64,000 nt of DNA. Source: Dehalococcoidia bacterium. GTDB taxonomy: Bacteria; Chloroflexota; Dehalococcoidia; Lucifugimonadales; UBA3495. Shown piece after piece: positions 26,008 through 34,266 of this stretch. Each line of letters opens with the position of its first letter. Positions within the stretch are counted from its first letter, which is position 1. Location of the stretch: positions 661,584 to 725,583 of the forward strand of contig OZ242043.1 of NCBI GenBank assembly GCA_965205185.1, written 5' to 3'. Position numbers and translations under genes: made by a program. The notes beneath the pieces were generated by a model. It was not told where the DNA came from and ran no database searches. It saw only the letters and a program-made list of their open reading frames with translations.

Positions 26008-28275
26008 TTAGCGCAGGGCGCCGACGATGGTATTGGTGTTGCTGCGCATCATATCGATGTAGGTGCCGGCGTCGCTGCCGGGGGAGCCTAGGGAGCCGGT
26101 GTAGAGTCCGCCGACTAGGTTGGCGTTGGTGGCATCGGCGATGAGCTGGGCGAAGCGGGTGCTGTGGGACCTTTCGGTGAATACGGCGGGGGCGTTTTCG
26201 TGTTCGATGGTTTCGATGAGGGATTCGAGGTCTTGGGCGGTGGGTTCGACGTCGGTGGAGATGGAGGGGATGACGGCGCCGACGACTTCGTAGCCGTAGC
26301 GGTTGGCGAAGTATTGGAAGGCGTCGTGGGAGGTTACGAGGAGGCGGCGCTCTTGGGGCAGGGAGTCGGTTTGTTCCTGGATCCAGGTGTGGAGGTTGTC
26401 GAGTTCCTGGTTGTAGGCGTAGGCGTTGTCGCGGTAGAAGTTTTGGTTGGCGGGGTCGAGTTCGGATAGCAGGGTTTCGATGTCGTTGACGGCTTGTTTG
26501 ACGCGGAGGGGGTCGAACCAGAAGTGGGGGTCGAGTTCGCCTTCGTGGGCGTGGGCGTCCTCGGCTTCGGCGGCGTGTTCGTCGTCCTCGGCTTCGGCGG
26601 CGGCGCCGGTGATGCCGACGAAGGCGATGCGGACGGGGGTGCCGGCGATGTCCCATTGGTCGACGACTTCGAGGTCGTGGAAGTCGAGCTGGAGTACTTG
26701 GCCGCCTACGGAGTCGGTGATGAAGATGGCGTCTGGGGCGGTGGCGATGTTGGGGCGGGCCCAGAAGCCGGGTTCGATGGGTTCGGTTAGGAAGCCGGAT
26801 GCGGTGGCTAGGAGGTCGAGGTCGTGGGCGTCGTACATTCGGAGTTCGCCGTCGCTCATTAGGACGAGGAGGTGTTCGCCGTCGTGGCTGAGGGCGGTGC
26901 TGATGGGGTTGAGGGTTTCGGTGGCGGGGATGATTTGTTCCATAACGCCGTCCTCGGGTTCGATGATGTAGAGGCCGACGGATCCGCCGAAGCCGAAGAA
27001 GTGGTGGAGGGCGGGGTGGCCCCAGATGGTGCCGAGGCGGAAGTCGTCGGGGGAGCCGGCGGGGGGTTCGATGAAGCCGCCGGAGTATTGTCCGTCGTGG
27101 GCTTCGAGGTACATTGCGCCGCCGATGCAGCCGAAGACGGCGGTTTCGCCGTTGCCGGCGTCGCCGTGGAGTCCGGGGCAGCGCTCGAGGCTATAGAGGG
27201 ATGTGCCGATGATGTCGACGATTTCGGCGCCGATGGGGAGGATGTAGTCGCGGTTTTCGGTGTCTGGGGTGTAGTCGGGGTGCTGGATGCTGACGGCGAA
27301 GAGGTCGTCGTCCATTGGGACGGCGGCGCCGTGGTGGGGGCCGGCGTTGATGCGGGGTGGGGAGTAGTCGCTGCCTAGTTCCTCGAGTTGGTGTTCGTTG
27401 AGCATCACGATGTCGCCGGAGCCGTCGTAGAAGATGGCGGACCATTCTTTGCCGACGACGAGGTGGACGGGGCGGTCGCCGGAGAGGTCGATGTCCAGTT
27501 GGGATATGGGATCTTCGACGAGGTCGGGGTGTCCTTCGTGATCTTCGAGGTAGATGCCGCCGTCGAAGAGGTGGACGGTGTTGGCGTCGGTGGCTACAGC
27601 GATGGCGTAGCGGCCGGATTTGGTGGGGTAGATGCGACCGGCGCGGGCGCCGAGGTCGAAGGCGTCTTGTTGGACTTCGTGATCTTCGAGGTTGATGACG
27701 GACATTGCGCCGGTTTCGCCGTCGCCGATTAGGAGGCGGCCGTGGAGGGGTGCGGCGGGTTCCTCGAAGATTTCGGCGAATTCGAGGGGGTCGACGGCTT
27801 CGCCGAGGTGGGTTAGGGCGTTGGGGTTTTGGGCGGCGTTGCGGAGGAGGTCGTCGAGCCAGGCGGCTTCGAGGGAGAGGCCGATGCTTAGGACGAGGTC
27901 GGCGTCGGCGACGCGGGCGATGTCTTGGGCGCCGGGCTGGTAGGTATGGGGGTCGGCGTTGGGGGGCAGGAGGGGCAGGACGTCGACCCGGTCTTGGCCG
28001 ACGGCGCGGGCCCAGTCGGCGATGATGTTGGTGGTGGTTACGATGCTGAGTTTTTGCTGGGGTTCGGGTTCGGGGGTGGCGGTGGCGGGCGCGGTGGTGG
28101 GTTGGGCGACGGGGGCGGTGGGGGCGACGGCGGCAGCGGTAGCGGGGGCGGCGGCAGTGGCGGCGGGGGAGGTTTGGGCGGTGGGGGTGGGCGAGTCGCT
28201 GCCGCAAGCGACGGCGAGCATTAGGGTTGCGAGGGTTAGGAGGGCGGCGATGGGGATTAGCAGTTTTCGGGTCAT
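26008..28275 (-). CDS. ZnuA/TroA-type metal-binding lipoprotein with a ~380-aa inserted beta-propeller-like (AztD-like) domain
   Basis: Lipobox LAVAC. The cluster-9 SBP N-lobe (SIVTTTNIIADWARAV..NADPHTYQP) and C-lobe (DPHFWFDP..LVTSHDAFQYFANRYG) are separated by aa ~175-557 (nt 26605-27753). That segment is rich in H/D motifs such as EDHEGHPD and GPHHG. Confidence 0.85.
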   Translation of the reverse strand: MTRKLLIPIAALLTLATLMLAVACGSDSPTPTAQTSPAATAAAPATAAAVAPTAPVAQPTTAPATATPEPEPQQKLSIVTTTNIIADWARAVGQDRVDVLPLLPPNADPHTYQPGAQDIARVADADLVLSIGLSLEAAWLDDLLRNAAQNPNALTHLGEAVDPLEFAEIFEEPAAPLHGRLLIGDGETGAMSVINLEDHEVQQDAFDLGARAGRIYPTKSGRYAIAVATDANTVHLFDGGIYLEDHEGHPDLVEDPISQLDIDLSGDRPVHLVVGKEWSAIFYDGSGDIVMLNEHQLEELGSDYSPPRINAGPHHGAAVPMDDDLFAVSIQHPDYTPDTENRDYILPIGAEIVDIIGTSLYSLERCPGLHGDAGNGETAVFGCIGGAMYLEAHDGQYSGGFIEPPAGSPDDFRLGTIWGHPALHHFFGFGGSVGLYIIEPEDGVMEQIIPATETLNPISTALSHDGEHLLVLMSDGELRMYDAHDLDLLATASGFLTEPIEPGFWARPNIATAPDAIFITDSVGGQVLQLDFHDLEVVDQWDIAGTPVRIAFVGITGAAAEAEDDEHAAEAEDAHAHEGELDPHFWFDPLRVKQAVNDIETLLSELDPANQNFYRDNAYAYNQELDNLHTWIQEQTDSLPQERRLLVTSHDAFQYFANRYGYEVVGAVIPSISTDVEPTAQDLESLIETIEHENAPAVFTERSHSTRFAQLIADATNANLVGGLYTGSLGSPGSDAGTYIDMMRSNTNTIVGALR

Positions 28276-28367
28276 GGCAGGTTCTCTTTTCTCCTTGATT
28301 TGGGTTTTGGGGGCTGGGTATCTTAATCAGGCTGGCAGATTTTGATTTGAGCGCCAGGGGTTTAATT

Positions 28368-28440
28368 AAGATTAGGTATCAATATGGGTTAGATAACGAT
28401 ATTTAGTATCGATATGGGTTGGATAACGATATTTAGTCTC
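28368..28440. promoter_or_regulatory. three 30-bp-phased operator-like boxes upstream of the binding-protein gene
   Basis: A ~30-bp unit is repeated 3 times. Each unit carries a 13-mer: AAGATTAGGTATC (28368-80), GATATTTAGTATC (28398-410) and GATATTTAGTCTC (28428-40). These resemble the palindrome GATACTTTGTATC in the Fur-family gene promoter (28941-53). Confidence 0.4.
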
Positions 28441-28460
28441 AATTTGGGTCAAAAAAGATA

Positions 28461-28913
28461 CTAGGCGGCGGCGGGGGTGGGTTGGGCGCATTGGCGGCAG
28501 CGTCCGTAGACTTCGAGCCAGTGTCCGCTTAGTTCGAAGCCGTGGCGGGCGGAGGTGGTGGTTAGGACGTCTTCGATGTCGCAGCCGGTGAGGTCTTGGG
28601 AGGCGCCGCAGTGGACGCATAGTAGGTGGTGGTGGTGTCCGGGGTGGCTTAGTTGGTAGTGGAGGTCGCCGTCCTCGAGCATTACGCGGCAGAGGACGCC
28701 GGATTCGACGAGGATTTTGAGGGTGCGGTAGACGGTGGCGCGGCCGATGGCGGGGGGTAGCTGGCGGCGGAGGGTTTCGGCGGTGAAGTGTCGTTGCTGG
28801 CTGCCGATGATGGCGGCGAGGGTGCGGCGGGGGGCGGTGGAGCGGTAGCCGCGTTCCTCGAGGGTTTCGAGGATTTGGTCGGCGGCGGATGGGGTTCGTT
28901 TTTTCAGGGGCAT
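28461..28913 (-). CDS. Fur-family metalloregulator (Zur-like by context)
   Basis: 150 aa. It has a winged helix (GRATVYRTLKILVESGVL), an HHHH LLCVHCG motif and a C-terminal CRQC. Confidence 0.85.
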   Translation of the reverse strand: MPLKKRTPSAADQILETLEERGYRSTAPRRTLAAIIGSQQRHFTAETLRRQLPPAIGRATVYRTLKILVESGVLCRVMLEDGDLHYQLSHPGHHHHLLCVHCGASQDLTGCDIEDVLTTTSARHGFELSGHWLEVYGRCRQCAQPTPAAA

Positions 28914-28940
28914 TGTGGTTTCTCTGGGCGGGATAGTTTT

Positions 28941-28990
28941 GATACTTTGTATCTAATGGGTATTATAGGGGGGCGGGATGGGGTTGTCAA
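28941..28990 (-). promoter_or_regulatory. sigma70-type promoter of the Fur-family gene with palindromic operator
   Basis: On the minus strand: TTGACA (28990-28985), a 17-nt spacer, TATAAT (28967-28962), then the palindrome GATAC-AAA-GTATC (28953-28941) before the start codon. Confidence 0.6.
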
Positions 28991-29037
28991 TGGGGTTTTT
29001 TGGGGGATCTTGATTTGGCGGGGGGGTGTTTGGGGGG

Positions 29038-29925
29038 CTAGTGTGCGCCGGCGGGGGGCCAGGGATTGTGGGGGGACAGGACTTGGGAGAGCTGGGTGAA
29101 GGCGCCCATAAATCCGGCGGGGTGGAGCCAGATGCTGTTGAAGTCGGGGTTGGCGTAGTTGGGGGTTTGGCGGGAGGTGGTGAATCGGGCGCCTTGGGCG
29201 GATAGGTGGGCGTCCATGGCGAGGGAGTCGGCGATTTGGTAGATGGTCAGGTAGAGGCCCTCGCCGTAGCGGTGGAGGAATTTTTGGGACGGGGCGTCGG
29301 GGGCGGTGGGCTGGGCGAGTTCGATGAAGGTGTCGCGGGCGGTCAGGGGGATTACGGCGATTTCCAAGCCGGTGAAGCTAGTGTGAAAGCGTTGGGTGGG
29401 TTGCAGGTTGAACATATCGTCCCATTGTTGGATGGCTTGGTCCAGGCTGCGGACTAGGATGGCGATTTGGCGCAGGCGGGGGGTTGCAGGGGGTTGGGTT
29501 TGGGGGCGGGGGGTGTTGTTGTCGGGGGCGCCGTCGGGGGCGGTTTCGATGATGCGGAGTTGCGCTCCGTGGGTTTGGGCGGGGTTGGGGGTGATGGCGC
29601 GGGGGGCGGCGGTGGGGGCTGGGGCGGTGAATTGGATGCCGGTTTGGGTTAGGCGGGACATTACGGGGGTTAGATCGGGGGTTTCGAGGGTTAGCTGGTA
29701 GGGGCCTTGGCCGCGGGTTTGGCGGTAGGGGGCGGATTGGGGGTCGTCGGGGGCGGGCTGCCAGAGTTGTATGGTGGCGCGGTCGCCGGCGGGGAGGATG
29801 GCGCGGGGGCCGTTGGGGGTGTTTTGGATGTGCTGGGTGGGTAGTTTTAGGTGGGTTTGGTAGAGTTGGGTTGCTTGGTTTAGGTTGTTTACTATGAAGG
29901 TGATTTGTTGGATTTGGTTTAGCAT
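29038..29925 (-). CDS. two-domain VOC (glyoxalase/epimerase-like) family protein
   Basis: Two beta-alpha-beta-beta-beta-like halves (QITFIVNNLNQATQLY..; IAILVRSLDQAIQQW..YGEGLYLTIYQI). Confidence 0.65.
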   Translation of the reverse strand: MLNQIQQITFIVNNLNQATQLYQTHLKLPTQHIQNTPNGPRAILPAGDRATIQLWQPAPDDPQSAPYRQTRGQGPYQLTLETPDLTPVMSRLTQTGIQFTAPAPTAAPRAITPNPAQTHGAQLRIIETAPDGAPDNNTPRPQTQPPATPRLRQIAILVRSLDQAIQQWDDMFNLQPTQRFHTSFTGLEIAVIPLTARDTFIELAQPTAPDAPSQKFLHRYGEGLYLTIYQIADSLAMDAHLSAQGARFTTSRQTPNYANPDFNSIWLHPAGFMGAFTQLSQVLSPHNPWPPAGAH

Positions 29926-30180
29926 ATTTGCTCCGGGGCCCCCACCCTAACCCTCCCCCTCGGGGGGAGGGGATTTTGTTGGTTTTGGGGTTCATCCTTC
30001 GACAAGCTCAGGATGAATGCCGGGGGGAGTTCGGGATGAGTGCCGGGGGCAAGTTCGGGATGATTGGGGGGTGGGGATGCGGGATTGGGGTAATGGGTTG
30101 GCGAGGGGGTATGGGCGGGTTGTTGGCGCCTATCCCTTGATGGCAAGGGGGCGGTTTCTACAGTGGCGGGCGGCGTTGCG

Positions 30181-30603
30181 TTATGGGCGGGGGGGTAGGG
30201 AGATGGTGGCTTTGCCGGCGGCGTGGCGCTCGTTTTGGGGGCCTAGCATTAGGATGTCGCATTCGGCTAGGTTTTGGCCGTTTTCTTGGCGTAGGTCGGT
30301 GATGGTGGCTTCGATGGTTAGGGGGCGGTTGTGGGGGATGGGTTGGCGGAATACTACGTCGAGGTCTTGGACGGCGTTGGGGCCGGCCCAGTCGGTTAGG
30401 AGTTGGGCCATCATGGCCAGGGCCATTATGCCGGGGACTATGGGGCCGTCCATGCCGGAGTCGCGGGCGGTTTGGGGGTCGGTGAAGCGGTTGGGGGTCG
30501 GGGGGGACCAGACTTGGCAGAAGCGGGCTACGTTTTCGGTGGTGGCGGTGGTTTGGAGGGGGCCTATTTGGTCGCCTAGTTCGATGTCGTCGAAGTATGG
30601 CAT
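30181..30603 (-). CDS. MaoC-like (R)-hydratase hot-dog protein
   Basis: 140 aa containing FTDPQTARDSGMDGPIVPGIMALAMMAQLL. Confidence 0.8.
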   Translation of the reverse strand: MPYFDDIELGDQIGPLQTTATTENVARFCQVWSPPTPNRFTDPQTARDSGMDGPIVPGIMALAMMAQLLTDWAGPNAVQDLDVVFRQPIPHNRPLTIEATITDLRQENGQNLAECDILMLGPQNERHAAGKATISLPPRP

Positions 30604-30765
30604 TGTTCCTCGCGGGTTGGGGTGGGGTGGGGGGTATGGGCGGCTCGGGTAATTTGGGGGATGGCGATTTTTTCTTGCGGGTTGGGTTGGGTTTTTGCGG
30701 GTTGATGGGCTACTAGAATAATCCCGCGGATGGCATTGTTCCTCGCGGGGCGGGGCGGGTTGGGG

Positions 30766-31215
30766 TTATTGGCGGCGGGCGAAGGATTCTTGGACTTCGG
30801 CGACGGTTTGGCCGTTTTGGTTTTGGAAGGTGGTTTCCCAGACGATGAATATCATGGTGCCGGAGCGGCCGGTTTTGGCGTAGACGTCTTTTAGGCGGGA
30901 GGAGGCGGTTAGGGTGTCGCCGGGGTGGATGGGGGCGATGGGCTGGATGCGCTGGCCGGCGTGCATTTGGGCGCGTCCGAAGTCGAGGCCGATGTCGGGG
31001 AGTTGGACTTCGCGGACGAATAGGGAGCATAGGGTCGGGGGGGCGATTTGACGGGGGAAGCCTTGTTCTTGGGCGGCGGCGTCGGAGTGGAAGGCGGGGT
31101 GGCGCTCGTTGAGGCTGGCGTTGAGGGCGGCGAGGAGGTCGGGGGTGATGGGGAAGGGGCCGGCGCGGTGTTCTTTTTGGTGGAGGGTGCGGTCGTAGTT
31201 CAGTTGCATGGCCAT
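30766..31215 (-). CDS. MaoC N-terminal-like dehydratase hot-dog protein (HadA-like partner)
   Basis: 149 aa. It is adjacent to the MaoC gene and has a hot-dog fold pattern (PGDTL..SSRLKDVYAKTGRSGTMIFIVWETTF). Confidence 0.7.
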   Translation of the reverse strand: MAMQLNYDRTLHQKEHRAGPFPITPDLLAALNASLNERHPAFHSDAAAQEQGFPRQIAPPTLCSLFVREVQLPDIGLDFGRAQMHAGQRIQPIAPIHPGDTLTASSRLKDVYAKTGRSGTMIFIVWETTFQNQNGQTVAEVQESFARRQ

Positions 31216-31258
31216 CGGGCTGCTCCGGTTTTGGCGCTGATTTTTGGGTTTGTGGGGG

Positions 31259-31918
31259 TTAGGCGGTGGGGACTTGGGCGGTTTCCGCTAGGCGGACGGG
31301 GCGGAATTGTTGGTTGAGGAGGGCGTCTACTAGCTGGGTTTCGTTGGTTATGGGGGCGGGGAATTGGGTTAGGCAGGCGGCGATGTGGCTGGTTAGGTGG
31401 GCGTCGCTGCCGCCGATGCCCAGGTAGCCGAATTGTTGGCAGAGTTCCTCGGCTCTTTCGTTTTCGCCGGGGCGTCCGCCGCCGTTGAGGATTTCTACGA
31501 TGCGGATGCCGGGGAAGGTTTCGCCTTGCTGGATGTATTCGGTGAGGCCGATGCCGAAGCGGCCGGGGTGGGCGGGGATGGCGATGGCGTGGTGCTGGCG
31601 GGCGGCCTGGATTAGGTCGCGGGCGTCCATGGTTACGTCGGCGAAGTTTATTTCGCGGGTTAGGGGCGGGGTTACGCCGTAGACTAGGAAGTGGCCGTGG
31701 CGGGTGTCGAGTTCGGAGGCTTTTAGGATTAGGACGTTGTTTTGCTGGGCTAGGGCGGAGTAGTCGTGGTCGATGTCGAATTTGCGGTGTTCGGTGAGGA
31801 CGAAGCCGTCGACGGTGTGGCCGCGTTTGCGGAGGACTTGGATCCATTTGACGTATTGGTCTACGGTGGCGCGGGAGTCGTCGGAGGAAACGGAGTGGGA
31901 GTGGAGGTCTAGAAACAC
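31259..31918 (-). CDS. PHP-domain metal-dependent phosphoesterase
   Basis: GTG start. It has the FLDLHSHS motif, later TEH, and PAHP and GGSDAH motifs. Confidence 0.75.
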   Translation of the reverse strand: MFLDLHSHSVSSDDSRATVDQYVKWIQVLRKRGHTVDGFVLTEHRKFDIDHDYSALAQQNNVLILKASELDTRHGHFLVYGVTPPLTREINFADVTMDARDLIQAARQHHAIAIPAHPGRFGIGLTEYIQQGETFPGIRIVEILNGGGRPGENERAEELCQQFGYLGIGGSDAHLTSHIAACLTQFPAPITNETQLVDALLNQQFRPVRLAETAQVPTA

Positions 31919-32030
31919 TTGGGCGAACTCCTGTATTCGGCGGGGGGATGGGGTTGGGGTTTGGGGGGTATGATATACGGGGATGGTGGATTGGGCAAGC
32001 GTTGGGGGGGAATTGGGCGGCCGGGGGCGG

Positions 32031-32234
32031 TTATTGGGGGGCGTGTTTGGATAGCAGGTCTCTTACGGCGGGGAGTAGGGAGTTGGGGATGGACATTGTG
32101 GTTTGGGATTGGTCTTGCCAAGCGGCGTGGTCGTCTGCGGCGGCTTCGGCTTCGGATTGGTTTTCGTGGTGGTGCAGTAATCGCTTTACGCGGGCTTGGT
32201 TCCATCCGGGAGGGTAGTTGTTGGGGTCTTTCAT
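32031..32234 (-). CDS. putative antitoxin (67 aa)
   Basis: Its ATGA start overlaps the stop of the upstream toxin-like gene. It has an acidic PPGWNQARVKRLLHHHENQSEAEAAADDHAAW segment. Confidence 0.4.
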   Translation of the reverse strand: MKDPNNYPPGWNQARVKRLLHHHENQSEAEAAADDHAAWQDQSQTTMSIPNSLLPAVRDLLSKHAPQ

Positions 32235-32518
32235 CGCTGCCTCCGTCGCATACGCCGCCGGTAGGCGGCTAGGGGGGCACCCCTTAATTCATAGGCGGTT
32301 ATGATGAAAATGGCGCCGGGATCCGAATCCAGGGCGTAGATAATGCGGAGGTATCGCCCGGCAAGGGTTTGCCCGATTGCCATACGGGAAAATTCCCGTT
32401 CCGCCCGGTCCTCGCCGGGGGAGCTCATAACCTCTGCTACTTCGTGTTCCTCTACCCCATGATTATGTATGTGGGGGCGGCCGGTTTCAAGGTCTATGTA
32501 AAATCTTATGCCGGTCAC
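32231..32518 (-). CDS. BrnT/DUF497- or DUF4258-like toxin candidate (95 aa)
   Basis: HNHGVEEHEVAEVM .. GRYLRIIYA .. IFIITAYEL resembles small RNase-type toxins. Gene order is toxin first, as in BrnTA. Confidence 0.4.
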   Translation of the reverse strand: MTGIRFYIDLETGRPHIHNHGVEEHEVAEVMSSPGEDRAEREFSRMAIGQTLAGRYLRIIYALDSDPGAIFIITAYELRGAPLAAYRRRMRRRQR

Positions 32519-32533
32519 GCTAATAGGGGCTTG

Positions 32534-33121
32534 TTATGCGGTTAGGCCGATGCTTTCGGCGAGCCAGCGGTGGAAGCGGTGGTTTAGGGTTACGGGGTCG
32601 TCTAGTAGTAGGGGGGATGGGGTGTTGTGGGGGGTTATTTTCATGTGGATTAGGGTTGGGCCGGGGGTTTGGGCGGCTTCGGTTAGGGCGGATTGGAGGG
32701 ATTCTAGTTCGCTGGCGCGGTAGGTTCGGAGGCCGCAGCTTTCGGCGATGTCGGCTAGGTTTAGGCGGGTGGTGAAGGTGTATTGGCCGCCGGTGGAGGC
32801 GTAGCTTTCGTTGTCGAGGATTATGAGGATTAGGTTTTCGGGTTTTAGGTAGCCTACGGTGGTTAGGGCGTTTAGGTTGGTCAGCATTCCGCCGTCGCCT
32901 TCGACGGCGATTACTTTGCGGTGGGGTTGGGGGGGCATTCCGAGGGCGAGGCCGAGGGCTATGGGGGTTACTATGCCCATGGTGTCGACGATGTAGTAGT
33001 GGTTTTCGCGGCGGTCGGCGGCGGCCATTTCGCGGCAGGTGGCGCCGCAGGTCAAGACTATGGGGTCGTGGGGGAAGGCGCGGGAAATTAGGGCGAGGGA
33101 GTCGTAGCGGGTGGCGGGCAT
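32534..33121 (-). CDS. ThDP-dependent decarboxylase beta subunit (sulfopyruvate/phosphonopyruvate decarboxylase-like)
   Basis: ThDP-binding motif GDGGMLTNLNAL..ILDNESY. It pairs with the adjacent alpha subunit. Confidence 0.8.
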   Translation of the reverse strand: MPATRYDSLALISRAFPHDPIVLTCGATCREMAAADRRENHYYIVDTMGIVTPIALGLALGMPPQPHRKVIAVEGDGGMLTNLNALTTVGYLKPENLILIILDNESYASTGGQYTFTTRLNLADIAESCGLRTYRASELESLQSALTEAAQTPGPTLIHMKITPHNTPSPLLLDDPVTLNHRFHRWLAESIGLTA

Positions 33122-33128
33122 TGGCGGC

Positions 33129-33638
33129 TCACTCTTTGAGGTTGAGGAATAGGATGATGGGGCGGTGGGTCATAAAGGCGTAGTCGAAGGCTTGGGCGAT
33201 GGCGCGGGGCCAAGCGTCGAGGGGGACGCGGTAGTCGAGGACGAAGGCTTTGATGCGCATGGTTTCGACCATTTGGACGGCCATTTCGGAGAATTGGAAG
33301 TTGGCGGCGTTGAATTCGCCGAACCCGCCGCGGCGGACGGCTAGTAGTAGCATGGGGGCGTGGTAGGCCATGGCGTAGGTGGTGAGGGCGCCGATGCTGT
33401 TGCCTAGGCCGGTGTCCTGGTAGAACATTACGCTGCGTTTGCCGGTGAGGGCGAGGCCGGAGGCGATGCCGATGCCTTCCTCCTCGCGGGCGACGGGGAA
33501 GGCGCGGACGTTGGGGGCCTGGTCGAAGTGGGCGATGACCGGGGCGCCGAAGCTGTCGGGGATATGGATGAAGTATTCGATTTTGGCGGTTTCCAGGCCC
33601 TGGATTACGGCGTTGCAGGCGTCTTGGGGGTAGGCCAT
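33129..33638 (-). CDS. ThDP-dependent decarboxylase alpha subunit
   Basis: 169 aa from ATG 33638, with an N-terminal pyrimidine-binding domain (REEEGIGIASGLALTGKRSVMFYQDTGLGN). The track ORF extension to 34253 runs through rnpB and is an artefact. Confidence 0.8.
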   Translation of the reverse strand: MAYPQDACNAVIQGLETAKIEYFIHIPDSFGAPVIAHFDQAPNVRAFPVAREEEGIGIASGLALTGKRSVMFYQDTGLGNSIGALTTYAMAYHAPMLLLAVRRGGFGEFNAANFQFSEMAVQMVETMRIKAFVLDYRVPLDAWPRAIAQAFDYAFMTHRPIILFLNLKE

Positions 33639-33679
33639 TAGGGGTGTTCCTGTTGGGGGGTTGGGTTGGGGGTTTTGGG

Positions 33680-34220
33680 GCGGGAGGCCGGGCGGGCCTG
33701 TAAGCCGGGTTCTGTTCCCGCCATCCTTCGACAAGCTCAGGATGAGTGCGTTCTCGGTCGAGGGCGTGCTCAGGATGAGTACGTTCCTCAATGATGGGTA
33801 TGTTTTCAGTATTGAGGGCGTGCTCGGATGAGTTTGTCGGGGGATGGCGGGCGGTGACCATCTATCTAGCCCCCCGGCGTGGCCGGGGCCCGCGGTTGCG
33901 GGACGGCGTTGCCGCCGTGGTCGAGCGGCCAACCCGGGGACGAGCCGGGCGCTCATAGTCCCTCTATTCGGCCTTGCTCCGGGTGGGGTTTGGCCGCCGG
34001 TGCGTCGCCGCAACGGCCGGGCGCTCTTACCGCCCGATTTCACCCTTGCCCCGATTTCCGTGATGGAACTGGGGCGGTGTGTTTCTGCGCCACTTTCCGT
34101 CTCCTGCGCCGGACTGATCCATTGCGGGAGCCTGGGAGTTACCCAGCACCTTGCCCGGCGGAGCCCGGACTTTCCTCCCCGACGGGGTCGGGGCGGCCAC
34201 CCGGCCCGCTTGGCCTCCGC
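33680..34220 (-). ncRNA. rnpB: RNase P RNA, bacterial type A, with a 135-nt extra helix
   Basis: On the minus strand: the P4 5' strand GGAGGAAAGTCCGGGCTCC (34166-34184), the P4 3' strand ACAGAACCCGGCTTACA (33699-33715), and GGTAAGAGCGC and CCCGGAGCAAGGCC blocks. P1 pairs GCGGAGGCC..GCGGGCC with GGCCCGC..GGCCTCC, and P2 pairs GGTGGCC with GGTCACC. A promoter lies directly upstream. Confidence 0.9.
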
Positions 34221-34224
34221 TTTT

Positions 34225-34253
34225 ACTGTAGCACAGGGGGTTGGGGCGGTCAA
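34225..34253 (-). promoter_or_regulatory. rnpB promoter
   Basis: On the minus strand: TTGACC (34253-34248), a 17-nt spacer and TACAGT (34230-34225). The predicted start lies at about 34220 (GCGGAGG). Confidence 0.6.
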
Positions 34254-34266
34254 GCTGGGGGCGGGT

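Noticed and set aside
30716-30752. Duplicated RBS/start (GAGGAACAATGCC) 130 nt upstream of the MaoC gene, giving a 7-codon mini-ORF as a possible leader peptide
   Set aside because: It is only a ~20-bp duplication of the real start region, and there are no attenuator-like alternative hairpins around it. It is more likely a duplication scar.
33639-34253. Extension of the ThDP decarboxylase alpha-subunit ORF to 374 aa
   Set aside because: The extension runs through RNase P RNA and repeat elements. A good ATG at 33638 gives a normal-length subunit.
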